Assembly: GCA_963767925.1 (NCBI GenBank)
Contig: CAVYGB010000010.1
Location: forward strand, 1,504,001 to 1,568,000
DNA from: an uncultured delta proteobacterium
GTDB taxonomy: Bacteria > Myxococcota_A > Polyangia > Fen-1088
Length of the DNA: 64,000 nucleotides
Direction: 5' to 3'
Under the pieces are notes generated by a model, which was not told the DNA's origin, did no database searches, and was given only the letters and a program-made list of their open reading frames with translations. Shown here in pieces: positions 39,352-49,992 of this stretch; position 1 is the first letter of the stretch, and each line of letters starts with the position of its first letter. A program made the translations under genes and the position numbers.

Positions 39352-40815
39352 TCAGAACTGGAAATACAGGAACGGGTTGGTGGTCTGCGTCCACATCATG
39401 AGGATCGACAGCGCCAGCAGCGCCACCCCCGCCACCGCCCGGCCCACCCCGATGCGCGCGGTGAGGCTCCAGGTGTTGGGCATCGCGAACACGAGGAACG
39501 CCGCCAGCCCCAGCATGCCGGCGTGGTAGGGCGTGTAGAGCGACCCGGCGATGGCGTTGGCCGCGTAGCCCGCGTCGGACGCCCCGAACAGCGAGCGGAA
39601 GTAGCTCCAGGCCTGCCCCAGCGTCTTGGCCCGGAAGAACACCCAGGACAGACAGACGACGAAGAAGGTGATCCCCACCCGCACCGACCGGGGCAGCCGC
39701 CGGTAGGCGCTGTCTTTGCCCCCCGCCCGCTCGGCCGCCAGCATGCCGCCGTGGATGGCGCCCCAGATGACGAAGTTCCAGCTCGCCCCGTGCCACAGGC
39801 CGCCGAGCAACATCACCGTCATCAGGTTGACGTAGGTGCGCCCCTCCCCCTTCCGGTTGCCGCCCAGGGGGATGTAGAGGTAGTCGCGCAGCCAGGTCGA
39901 CAGGCTGATGTGCCAGCGCCGCCAGAAGTCGGTGATGCTGTCGGACTGGTAGGGCGAATCGAAGTTCTGGATGAGCACGAAGCCCATCATCAAGGCCAGC
40001 CCCACCGCCATGTCCGAGTAGCCCGAGAAGTCGAAGTAGATCTGGAAGGCGTACCCCACCAGCCCGAACCAGGCGTCGGCCGGCGCGAGCGGCCCGCTCG
40101 CGAAGGCGGTGTCGGCGATGTGCCCCATCGGGTTGGCGATGAGGATCTTCTTGGCCATCCCCAGCGAGAAGAACATCACCCCCCGGGCGAACTTGTCGGC
40201 GGTGTGCTGGCGCACCCGCATCTGCTCTTCCATGGCGGCGTAGCGGATGATGGGGCCCGCCACCAGGTCCGGGAAAAACGCCTCGAAGCACATGTAATCG
40301 GTGAACCGGCGCATGGGCCGGGCGTCGCCCCGATACACGTCGATGACGTAGCTCATCGCCTTGAAGGTGTAAAAGGAGATGCCGACCGGGAGCACGAGGT
40401 GCAGCACCGGCACCAGGCCCTCCCCGCCCAGCCCGAAGAAGCGGGCCATGGCGTTGACGTTCTCCGCGACGAAGCCGGTGTATTTGAACGCCGCCAGCAG
40501 ACCGAGGTTGGTCACGATGGAGGCCACCAGCGCCACCCGCATGCCGCGCGTGCGCGGCACCTGGGGACCGATGACCGGGGGCAGCCCCCCCGGCTCGTCG
40601 GGCAGGCGGGACAGCCGCAGCAGGATCAGGCCGCAGACGTAGTCGACGCTGCAGCCGAAGAACATGATCACGGCCCAGATCGGGTTCGCCCAGCCGTAAA
40701 AGACGTAGCTGGAGATCGCCAGGAAGGCCGTGCGCCAGCGGAACGGCAGGGCGTAGTAGAGGGCGAGGACGAGGGGCAGGAAGTAAAACAGGAAGACGTG
40801 CGTCGAGAAGACCAT
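39352..40815 (-). CDS. algI: MBOAT O-acyltransferase (AlgI-like)
   Basis: LPVGISFYTF, FQIYFDFSGYSDMA, DFWRRWHISLS, GLWHGA, PFLYFQF. Confidence 0.93.
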   Translation of the reverse strand: MVFSTHVFLFYFLPLVLALYYALPFRWRTAFLAISSYVFYGWANPIWAVIMFFGCSVDYVCGLILLRLSRLPDEPGGLPPVIGPQVPRTRGMRVALVASIVTNLGLLAAFKYTGFVAENVNAMARFFGLGGEGLVPVLHLVLPVGISFYTFKAMSYVIDVYRGDARPMRRFTDYMCFEAFFPDLVAGPIIRYAAMEEQMRVRQHTADKFARGVMFFSLGMAKKILIANPMGHIADTAFASGPLAPADAWFGLVGYAFQIYFDFSGYSDMAVGLALMMGFVLIQNFDSPYQSDSITDFWRRWHISLSTWLRDYLYIPLGGNRKGEGRTYVNLMTVMLLGGLWHGASWNFVIWGAIHGGMLAAERAGGKDSAYRRLPRSVRVGITFFVVCLSWVFFRAKTLGQAWSYFRSLFGASDAGYAANAIAGSLYTPYHAGMLGLAAFLVFAMPNTWSLTARIGVGRAVAGVALLALSILMMWTQTTNPFLYFQF

Positions 40816-40924
40816 CGGTGCTCCGGGGCTGGCTGCCCGGCACCCTATCACCGCTGCGCCCCTGCGCGACGCAGCTACGCATACCCGAACCGGGCGAACT
40901 ACCTGCCCGGTTCGATCAGCGCGC

Positions 40925-41119
40925 TCAGCCGAAGACGACGGCGATGGCGATGACCGCCGCGCAGATCGGCATCAGCCAGCGCAACTCGTCGTCCTCGTCG
41001 TCGCCGGGGCCGCCGGTGCGGCTCCGGAGCTCGAGCGCTCGTCGCTGAAAGAAGGTGGGTGCGGGCACCGCGACGGCGGCGGCCGCCTGTGCCCAGAGGC
41101 GGTTGATCCGAGACAGCAC
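40925..41119 (-). CDS. Possible small membrane protein
   Basis: 64 aa, acidic patch then C-terminal hydrophobic helix. Confidence 0.35.
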   Translation of the reverse strand: MLSRINRLWAQAAAAVAVPAPTFFQRRALELRSRTGGPGDDEDDELRWLMPICAAVIAIAVVFG

Positions 41120-41350
41120 GCGGTGTCTGGTGTGTCACGCGACCGGAGGCAAGGCCAGGGCTGTCTGTAGAAATTTCATGACGGCGCCTCGTCCTCACTC
41201 CGACAATCAAGCAAAATGTAGGAACTTTCCGCATTTCGTGCGTTCTGCAAAGTGACAAGTCTGTTGCGGTCAGGGGGGTCGGGATATAGTCCGCCTCCGC
41301 CCGCACATTTTGCGGCCCCCCGCTCGCCTGGGGGCCGGTGAAAGGACGTA

Positions 41351-44266
41351 ATGGGCCTGGCTCGCGCCGTCGTTGCTGCACTCCTATTTCTACTCGCGCT
41401 GGCCCCCAGCACCGCGCTGGCCTACGCCCCACGGGTCGCGGTCGTCCTCTGCCAGCAGACCTACGACAGCCCGTCCAAGCGGCGGGCGGTCCACCGGAGC
41501 AGCCAGGCGCTCGTGGGGCTGGCCGGCCTGGTCGGGACGCCCTATGAAACCGTTACCCTGGACCAGCTCCTGACGCGCCCGGGGACCTACAACAGCGTCT
41601 GGTTCAGCAACTGCACGGTGCTCTCGTCGAGCACCGCCTCCCAGGTCGCCAGCTTCCTCGACGCCCACCTCGACCGGGGCGGAACCGTGCTGCTCGATGG
41701 GCCCATCGGGGCCTACGACGCGAGCTCGGGCGGCTCCCCCAGCTTCCGGGGGTCGGGTCCGGTGGGCTCCATCATCCGGATGGACGCCGCTGGCTGGCAA
41801 GGTGTGGGCGGCTGGGTGGTGCGCACCGCCGGTGACCACCCGCTGGCCGGTCTGCCCGGCTGGGCCCCCGGGACCGTCTTGACCCAGGGGCTGGTCACCG
41901 GCACCGACATCCTCGAGCTCCGGGACGACGGCGAGGACGGCGCGCAGGTCATGCTCGAGCTGAGCAACGGCGGCGACACGCGGCCCTTCCTCATCACCAC
42001 CAGCCCCGGCGGGGGCCGGGTGCTCGGCATCTCGGGCTACGCCGACGACGGCGGCCCCGCCACCCCCTTCCGCAACGAGGCCCCCCGCGGCTTCTTCGAC
42101 AACCAGCTCCTGCCCCGCCTGGTCGAGGCGGTGTTGTGGCTGCTGGGCCCCGACGAGGTCGCGGTGGGCCTGCAGCTCTCGGCCGCCCCCATGACGGCGG
42201 TGGTGCGGCTCGACGCCGACGTCAGCGATTCGTCGTCGGACAGCTCGACCACCCTCGACTACCTGATCCGGCTGGGCCGCGAGACCGGCGTGACCACGGC
42301 CTATGCCATCGTCAGCTCGCTGGCCGAGCGCTCGGGCTGGTCGGGGTTCTCCGGCATCCCCGAGATCGAGCGGCTGGGCGGCGCCCTCGGCTCGCACTCG
42401 CACACCCACAACTACGACATGAGCCGGCAGATCCCGGCCGAGGGCTGGGACCTCGAGGTGCGCCAGTCGATGGCCACCATCCGCGACCAGTTCACCTCCA
42501 GCTCGTTCCGGCCGGCGGTGCAGCTGTTCATCAACCCAGGCGCCGAGATCGACTGGGGCGACTACCGCCGCTTCTTCCCCTTCATCAAGGCCTACTTCAG
42601 CCACGGCTACGAGAACGAGGTCCCCTACTCATCGGGCATCTCCGCCTTCGGCACCCCCGCGGTGGCGATCTTCAACGACGTCCCGGCGCCCGACTACGCC
42701 TGGTTCTACAGCCCCCTGTGGATGTACAGCGTGGCCGACGGGACCAGCAACCAGCGGCAGATCCTGCGCTACTACCAGACCCGGGTCGGGCGCGGCGTGC
42801 TCTACAACCAGATGTGGCACGACTACGCGATCGCCAGCGAGGCGCCCCTGCACTTCCCGGGCGACAGCACCCGGCCGTTCTTCGACGCCATCCGCGACCA
42901 CTTCGGCCGCGAGCGGGTCTACGCCCCCGGCATCGCCGAGGTCACCACCAAGCTGCACCTGGCCCAGCGGACCCAGCTCAGCGCCCAGACCAGCGGCGGC
43001 ACGGTGACGACGACGCTGGACCTGTCGCGGCTGACCGCCGAGGAGCGGCTGCAGCTCGCCGGCATGGGCCTGCGCCTCAACCGCAGCAGCCGGCCCATCG
43101 CCGCCGCCACCGTCGACGGCGCCCTCCACCCGGCCTTCACCCCCGACACAATCATCTTGCCGCCGGCCCGCGCCGCCTCGATGACGATCGTCGCCCAGAC
43201 CGGCGATCCGGCGGGCGGCCCCCGCCTCACCTACCTGTCGAAGGCCCCCTCGGCCCTCACCGGGGCCGCCGACTCGCTGCGGGTCACGCTGGCCAGCCCG
43301 GGGCTGCGCACCCGCTTCTGCATGGCCCTGCCGGCTCGCCACGTGGTGCTGGGCGCCGACCGCTACGCTCCCGAGGGGGCCAGCGAGACCTGCGGCGCGC
43401 TCGACTACGACTCGGGGTCGACCGGCCTCGATGCCCGGGCCATCACCGCGCCGGCCAACGTGTCGTTCATCGCGGCCGATCGGCGCCTCCTCGCGATAAA
43501 CATCGCCGGCGCCACGGTGAGCGTCGACGCGGCGACCGGGGACAGCTCGGACCGGATCACCTTCCGGGCCAGCGCCGCCCCGGTGTCCGCGAGCGTGGGC
43601 TCCAACGCCGTCACCCCGGTCAGCCAGGGCAACGGGACCTACGTCATCACCCTCGGCCGGACCGGCACCGGCACGGTGACCCTGCGCTTCGACGCCCCCC
43701 CGCCACCGCCACCGCCACCGCCACCGCCCCCTCCTCCCCCGCCGCCACCGCCGCCCCCGCCACCGCCACCGGTGCCTCCGCCTGCTCCGCCGCCGCCGCC
43801 CGCCCCGGTGCCCCCGCCGCCACCCGCCCCGGTGCCCCCGCCGCCACCGCCTCCTCCCCCCATGCCGCCGGGCCCCATGCCGCCGCCACCCCCCCCGCCA
43901 CCGCCGCCGGGGCCGGACGCGGGATCGCCAATCCCGGACGCCGGACGGCCCGACTACTCGGGGCCGCCGAGCATCGACCCCCCGGTGATCAACCCGGGTG
44001 GGCCAGCCTCGACCTCCGACGCCGGCATGGATCCCCCGCCGCCGCCGACCCCGGACGCCGGTCGCGGCTCGTCACGTGACGCCGCCCCCACCCCGCCAGA
44101 TGCCAGGCCGACCTATACCAAGCTCGGCGGCGGCACCGGCTGCTCCTGCTCGGTCACCGAGCCGCAGGAAGCCCCCGGCGCCGGGATGTTGCTGGCCCTG
44201 CTGGTCGGAAACGGCATGTTGATCACCCGCCGGCGCAAGCGCGCCCGGCATACCGAGCGGCGCTGA
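41351..44266 (+). CDS. Surface protein with polysaccharide deacetylase-like domain, poly-Pro stalk and MYXO-CTERM-like tail
   Basis: Signal peptide; VRLDAD and GSHSHTH NodB-like motifs; C-terminal GCSCSV...hydrophobic...RRRKR. Confidence 0.8.
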   Translation: MGLARAVVAALLFLLALAPSTALAYAPRVAVVLCQQTYDSPSKRRAVHRSSQALVGLAGLVGTPYETVTLDQLLTRPGTYNSVWFSNCTVLSSSTASQVASFLDAHLDRGGTVLLDGPIGAYDASSGGSPSFRGSGPVGSIIRMDAAGWQGVGGWVVRTAGDHPLAGLPGWAPGTVLTQGLVTGTDILELRDDGEDGAQVMLELSNGGDTRPFLITTSPGGGRVLGISGYADDGGPATPFRNEAPRGFFDNQLLPRLVEAVLWLLGPDEVAVGLQLSAAPMTAVVRLDADVSDSSSDSSTTLDYLIRLGRETGVTTAYAIVSSLAERSGWSGFSGIPEIERLGGALGSHSHTHNYDMSRQIPAEGWDLEVRQSMATIRDQFTSSSFRPAVQLFINPGAEIDWGDYRRFFPFIKAYFSHGYENEVPYSSGISAFGTPAVAIFNDVPAPDYAWFYSPLWMYSVADGTSNQRQILRYYQTRVGRGVLYNQMWHDYAIASEAPLHFPGDSTRPFFDAIRDHFGRERVYAPGIAEVTTKLHLAQRTQLSAQTSGGTVTTTLDLSRLTAEERLQLAGMGLRLNRSSRPIAAATVDGALHPAFTPDTIILPPARAASMTIVAQTGDPAGGPRLTYLSKAPSALTGAADSLRVTLASPGLRTRFCMALPARHVVLGADRYAPEGASETCGALDYDSGSTGLDARAITAPANVSFIAADRRLLAINIAGATVSVDAATGDSSDRITFRASAAPVSASVGSNAVTPVSQGNGTYVITLGRTGTGTVTLRFDAPPPPPPPPPPPPPPPPPPPPPPPPPVPPPAPPPPPAPVPPPPPAPVPPPPPPPPPMPPGPMPPPPPPPPPPGPDAGSPIPDAGRPDYSGPPSIDPPVINPGGPASTSDAGMDPPPPPTPDAGRGSSRDAAPTPPDARPTYTKLGGGTGCSCSVTEPQEAPGAGMLLALLVGNGMLITRRRKRARHTERR
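43695..43915 (+). repeat. CCG/CCA-rich low-complexity tract encoding poly-proline
   Basis: About 70 codons, mostly Pro. Confidence 0.9.
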
Positions 44267-44438
44267 TCGCGACAATGGGGATACCCAGGAGCCCGATGGG
44301 GTGAACCGGGTATCTTGCGACGCGAAATCGATCCGACCAGGGCGTCAATCCGGTACTTCCCTTCAGGGGGTCGATTTAATAGAACAGACCCTCGGGTCCC
44401 CGCGAACGCGGCGGCGACCCACGAGAAAAGGGGGCCCC

Positions 44439-45842
44439 GTGAAGTTGTCGTCGATCGCCTCGTCTGCGTGGGCGCGCAGTTTCGCCGTGTGCTCGGTGCT
44501 GCTGCCGGCGTGCTCGCTCCAGAACGAAAACCTTGGCGCCGCCGCTGCGCCCACCACCCCCGGACCGACGGGAGGGCGCACCGGTGGCCGCCCACAGGTG
44601 GTGCCTCCCGGGTCCCCCCGGATCGACCCGCCCCCCTCCGTCCTTTCGGCCGACGCCGCCGTCGATCCCGCTCCTCCGCCTGCTGCTCCTCCTCCCGTGC
44701 CTGCCCCCGGCGGGTTTGACGCCGCCTCCCGGGCCGACGGCAGCGGCTCGACCGACGCCGCCGTCGACCGGGCCCCGCCCCCGCCCAGTTTCTCAGTGGC
44801 CGAGGTCGCCACCTGGCGCGGCGGGGCCCTCGGCGCGTATTCGATCGTCCACGGCAGCGTCTGTGACGGCAACGCCCTGGGCGCCTTCAAGCACGCCGAT
44901 CCGGAGCTCACCCGCCGCGGCCTGCGCGCCGGGTTCAGCGTGATCGTCACCTCCTGCGGCCCGGCCCCCGGCGACCAGTGGCCCAAGGTGAAGGCCCTGG
45001 CCGAACACGGCCACGACATCATCAACCACTCCTACAGCTTCGCCTGTCTCGCCGGCCGCCAGTGCGCCGGGCGGCGGGCCAGCCTCGACTTCGCCTTCGA
45101 GATCGACCAGGCCACCGACATCCTCCAGAAGACGGTCGCGGTGCCGGTGCGCTACTTCGCCTTCCCCTTCGACGCCTGTGGGCCCGAGGCCATCGCCCAC
45201 CTGCGCCAGCGCGGTTACCTCGGCGCCCGCTGCGGGGGCCGGGGGGTCACCGAGCCGAAGTTCGCCGACGGCTTCGCCAGCAAGTCCGACGTCTGGGGGC
45301 CGGCCTTCTCGATCTACGCCGCGGGCGGACCCTGCGCCGGGCTGGTCCGCCCCAACACCAACCAGGCGCCCGAGAGCCTGCCGCCCGCCTGCCGGACCTA
45401 CGTCCTCAACCAGTACGTCGACGACGCCATCGCCCAGCGGGGCTGGGCGGTCCGCACCTTGACCGGCTTTCTCGACGATCCCGGGGCCTTCCAGCCGATC
45501 AGCGTGCCCGACTACACCGCCCACCTCGACTACATCAAGGCCCGCTCCGACGCCGGCCAGCTCTGGGTCGAGGGCCCCACCCCCATCGTGAAATACCGCT
45601 GGGCCCGCGAGGCGTGTCCCCTCCCCACCGTCGAGGGAAACACCCTGCGCTTCTCCGTGACGCCCGACTGCCGTCCCTTCACCACCACCCTCAGTTACGT
45701 CGTCACCTCCGCGAGCGCCGCGCCCCCCGAGACCCTGAAGGTCACCCAGGCCGGCGCCACCCGCCCGGTCAAGACGCTCTCGAAAGGCCGCTACCTGGTC
45801 GACGCCGACCCCAGCAAGGGCGACGCGACTCTGACCCCGTAG
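44439..45842 (+). CDS. Polysaccharide deacetylase-fold lipoprotein with degenerate catalytic motifs
   Basis: LPAC lipobox; VATWRGGALGAYSIVHGS, GHDIINHSYSF, YFAFPF, GYLGAR. Confidence 0.78.
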   Translation: MKLSSIASSAWARSFAVCSVLLPACSLQNENLGAAAAPTTPGPTGGRTGGRPQVVPPGSPRIDPPPSVLSADAAVDPAPPPAAPPPVPAPGGFDAASRADGSGSTDAAVDRAPPPPSFSVAEVATWRGGALGAYSIVHGSVCDGNALGAFKHADPELTRRGLRAGFSVIVTSCGPAPGDQWPKVKALAEHGHDIINHSYSFACLAGRQCAGRRASLDFAFEIDQATDILQKTVAVPVRYFAFPFDACGPEAIAHLRQRGYLGARCGGRGVTEPKFADGFASKSDVWGPAFSIYAAGGPCAGLVRPNTNQAPESLPPACRTYVLNQYVDDAIAQRGWAVRTLTGFLDDPGAFQPISVPDYTAHLDYIKARSDAGQLWVEGPTPIVKYRWAREACPLPTVEGNTLRFSVTPDCRPFTTTLSYVVTSASAAPPETLKVTQAGATRPVKTLSKGRYLVDADPSKGDATLTP

Positions 45843-45897
45843 CACACCGACCGGCGGGCCCGCGGAGCCCTCACCCCTCAACAAGCCTGACGGCCGG

Positions 45898-46176
45898 TCA
45901 GGCGGTCTTCTTGCTGGCGGCGGCGGGAGCGGGGCTGGGGGCGCGGACGGGAGGACGCCGGGGGCTGGCCGCGCCGACCACGGCCAGGCGGCCCTGGTCC
46001 CCGTCGTAGCGGGAGGCGAGGCCCTGGCGGTCGAGGGCAGCGGCGAGGTTGAACGAGTCGCTGCGGCCGAGGGCGATCTCGTCGCCCGGCTCGAGCACAC
46101 GGGCCGCCTCGTCGGGCTCGTCCCGGTGGACCAGCCAGCGGGCCCAGTCGGCGCGCGTCCAGCTCTCGTCGGCCAT
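45898..46176 (-). CDS. Small hypothetical protein
   Basis: 92-aa ORF with GC3 bias, downstream of the groEL terminator. Confidence 0.55.
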   Translation of the reverse strand: MADESWTRADWARWLVHRDEPDEAARVLEPGDEIALGRSDSFNLAAALDRQGLASRYDGDQGRLAVVGAASPRRPPVRAPSPAPAAASKKTA

Positions 46177-46202
46177 CGGCCAAATATAGCAGGGACGGGC
46201 CC

Positions 46203-46244
46203 AAAAAAAGCAAAGGGGCGGGAACCCTCACGGGTCCCGCCCCT
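46203..46244 (-). terminator. Rho-independent terminator of groESL
   Basis: AGGGGCGGGACCC-GTGA-GGGTTCCCGCCCCT hairpin followed by TTGCTTTTTTT on the minus strand. Confidence 0.85.
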
Positions 46245-46279
46245 CGGTCGACCGGAGCTAGCTCGCTCGCCCCGATCCG

Positions 46280-48290
<2,011 letters not shown>

Positions 48291-48333
48291 TTCAATTTCC
48301 TCCATGTGCGCCTGGCCAGTGTTCGCGCACGCT

Positions 48334-48360
48334 CCAGCACTCGGGCTGGGTGACTGCCAG
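48334..48360. promoter_or_regulatory. CIRCE-like HrcA operator 1 (CCAGCACTC-N9-GACTGCCAG)
   Basis: Matches TTAGCACTC-N9-GAGTGCTAA geometry upstream of groES. Confidence 0.8.
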
Positions 48361-48366
48361 GCCCCA

Positions 48367-48394
48367 GTTCTAAGCACAACCGCTTGGTCGTCAA
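48367..48394 (-). promoter_or_regulatory. Putative sigma70-type groESL promoter (TTGACG-N16-TAGAAC)
   Basis: Lies between the two CIRCE-like elements. Confidence 0.5.
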
Positions 48395-48412
48395 CGCGTT
48401 TTCCGCCCCCTG

Positions 48413-48439
48413 GCAGCACTCGGGCCCCCCTGCTGCCAG
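48413..48439. promoter_or_regulatory. CIRCE-like HrcA operator 2 (GCAGCACTC-N9-TGCTGCCAG)
   Basis: Same geometry as operator 1, 79 bp further upstream. Confidence 0.65.
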
Positions 48440-48520
48440 AGGTTTCCAGCGTATGTACTTGATTTCACTTAGAAAATTCCTAGATTCAGATCAGGACGGC
48501 GTTCCTCGAGGCAAAAACTC

Positions 48521-49090
48521 ATGGAGCACACTGAGACTCTCGAATCGTTTTTTTCGGCGAAGTTGGGTGAGGCCCTGAAGGACCAGCGGGTCGCGGTCGA
48601 CGCCCGGACGGAGTACTACCTGGTGCAGTTGCTGGCGGCCTACGGGGCCCAGCCAGTCGACGAGGCCCCCCTGGGCATGAAGCTGCTGGCCGCGCGGGAG
48701 GCGGCCCCGCCGGAGCGGCGGCGACAGCTCCGGGAGGTGGGGGACACCTCGCTGTTCGTGTCGGGCTTCTGGTCCGACAGCTTTGCCCGGCGGCTCGTCG
48801 ACGTGGACTATTACATCGGGCTCGGTGGCAGCGCGTACAGCGAGCTGGCCCGGACCGGCGACGGCTGGAGCCGCGACCCGTTCGGGCAGGTCTACCAGGA
48901 GCTGGCCGAGAAGTTCGCCCGCTTCGTGGGCGTGCTGGCCGTGCTCAGCCGGGCCTGCACCCAGACCCGGACCGCCCACGACGTGATCCGGCTCTACGAG
49001 AAGTACCGGCGCAGCGGCAGCCGCTGGGCCGCGGGCCGCCTGGCCGCCCTCGGCGTCATCCTCTCCGATCCGCAAGGACGGCCCCAATAG
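48521..49090 (+). CDS. Hypothetical alpha-helical protein
   Basis: GC3-biased ORF; LREVGDTSLFVSGF and VDVDYYIGLGGSAY blocks. Confidence 0.8.
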   Translation: MEHTETLESFFSAKLGEALKDQRVAVDARTEYYLVQLLAAYGAQPVDEAPLGMKLLAAREAAPPERRRQLREVGDTSLFVSGFWSDSFARRLVDVDYYIGLGGSAYSELARTGDGWSRDPFGQVYQELAEKFARFVGVLAVLSRACTQTRTAHDVIRLYEKYRRSGSRWAAGRLAALGVILSDPQGRPQ

Positions 49091-49092
49091 CC

Positions 49093-49830
49093 GTGGTCGA
49101 TCCGCGACCGGAGGCCGAGCCCGGCGAGGGGACCACCCGGGCCCTGACCCTCGTCCCGGCCCCGCCCGCGAACGTCCTCACCCGGCTGCAAAACGGCCTC
49201 GAGGCGCTCTATCGGGTCGAGACCCGACTCGACGTGCGCCTGTTCGTTGTCGGCGAGGACGAGCGCTCGCGCGCCCTGGGCCCGGCCGCCCGCCGCCCGC
49301 GCGAGCAGCTCCTGGTCTCGCACGAGGCGGGTGAGCTGGCCCTGGCCCTCTACCTCGACGACTCGGCCCTGCAGAACCTGGAGCACAACGATCCGCACCG
49401 GGGGCTCGGCGAGCACAACTTCGCCGACTTCTGTCTCGCGGTCGAGGGGGTCAGCCACTTCATCTACGTCGCCCTGTGCGCCGCAGCCAACCGCCAGGTC
49501 ACCGCGCTCGAGCTCGAGCTGCAGGCCGAGGTCGACAAGTTCGTGAGCTGCTTGCTGCTCGAGGTGGCCGCCGCCCGCCGCCCCGGCCGGCTGCGCGCCA
49601 CCGAGCTGCGCGCCCGCCTGTACGAGAAGGTCCACCTGGCCGACGACCTCGACGGCGACGAGCGCGACCGCTACGCCACGGCCAACCACCAGGCCCACCG
49701 CTACGCCGGCGCCCTCGAGCGCCGCTACCCCGACCCCACCCGCCTGTCCGCGATGTTCGCCGAGCTGCGCCGGTTTTACCGCCTCCCCCTGGAAGACAAG
49801 CTGGCCCACATCGCGCGCGCGGCCGCCTGA
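49093..49830 (+). CDS. Hypothetical protein, possible zincin-like fold
   Basis: 2 bp after the previous stop; EGVSHF and LELELQAEVDKF motifs. Confidence 0.8.
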   Translation: MVDPRPEAEPGEGTTRALTLVPAPPANVLTRLQNGLEALYRVETRLDVRLFVVGEDERSRALGPAARRPREQLLVSHEAGELALALYLDDSALQNLEHNDPHRGLGEHNFADFCLAVEGVSHFIYVALCAAANRQVTALELELQAEVDKFVSCLLLEVAAARRPGRLRATELRARLYEKVHLADDLDGDERDRYATANHQAHRYAGALERRYPDPTRLSAMFAELRRFYRLPLEDKLAHIARAAA

Positions 49831-49847
49831 CCGCCGCGCGCGCCCAG

Positions 49848-49992
49848 GTCAGCTCGCCGTGAACGTCAACGCTGGAGTCGCTTGCTGCGGGCGGCGGCGC
49901 GGGTCAGCCCGCCCGGCACGTGGTGATGGCCGAGTCACTTGCTGCGGGCGGCCGCGCGGGTCAGCTCGCCGTGCACGTGGGTGATGGCGGAG
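49848..49992. repeat. Degenerate tandem duplication of the 3' end of the MBL-fold gene
   Basis: 49881-49934 resembles 49938-49992; 49848-49866 resembles 49960-49978. Confidence 0.85.

Noticed and set aside
41221..41248. GGAACTT-N16-TCTG, a possible ECF/sigmaE promoter
   Set aside because: It is a single short match with no independent support.
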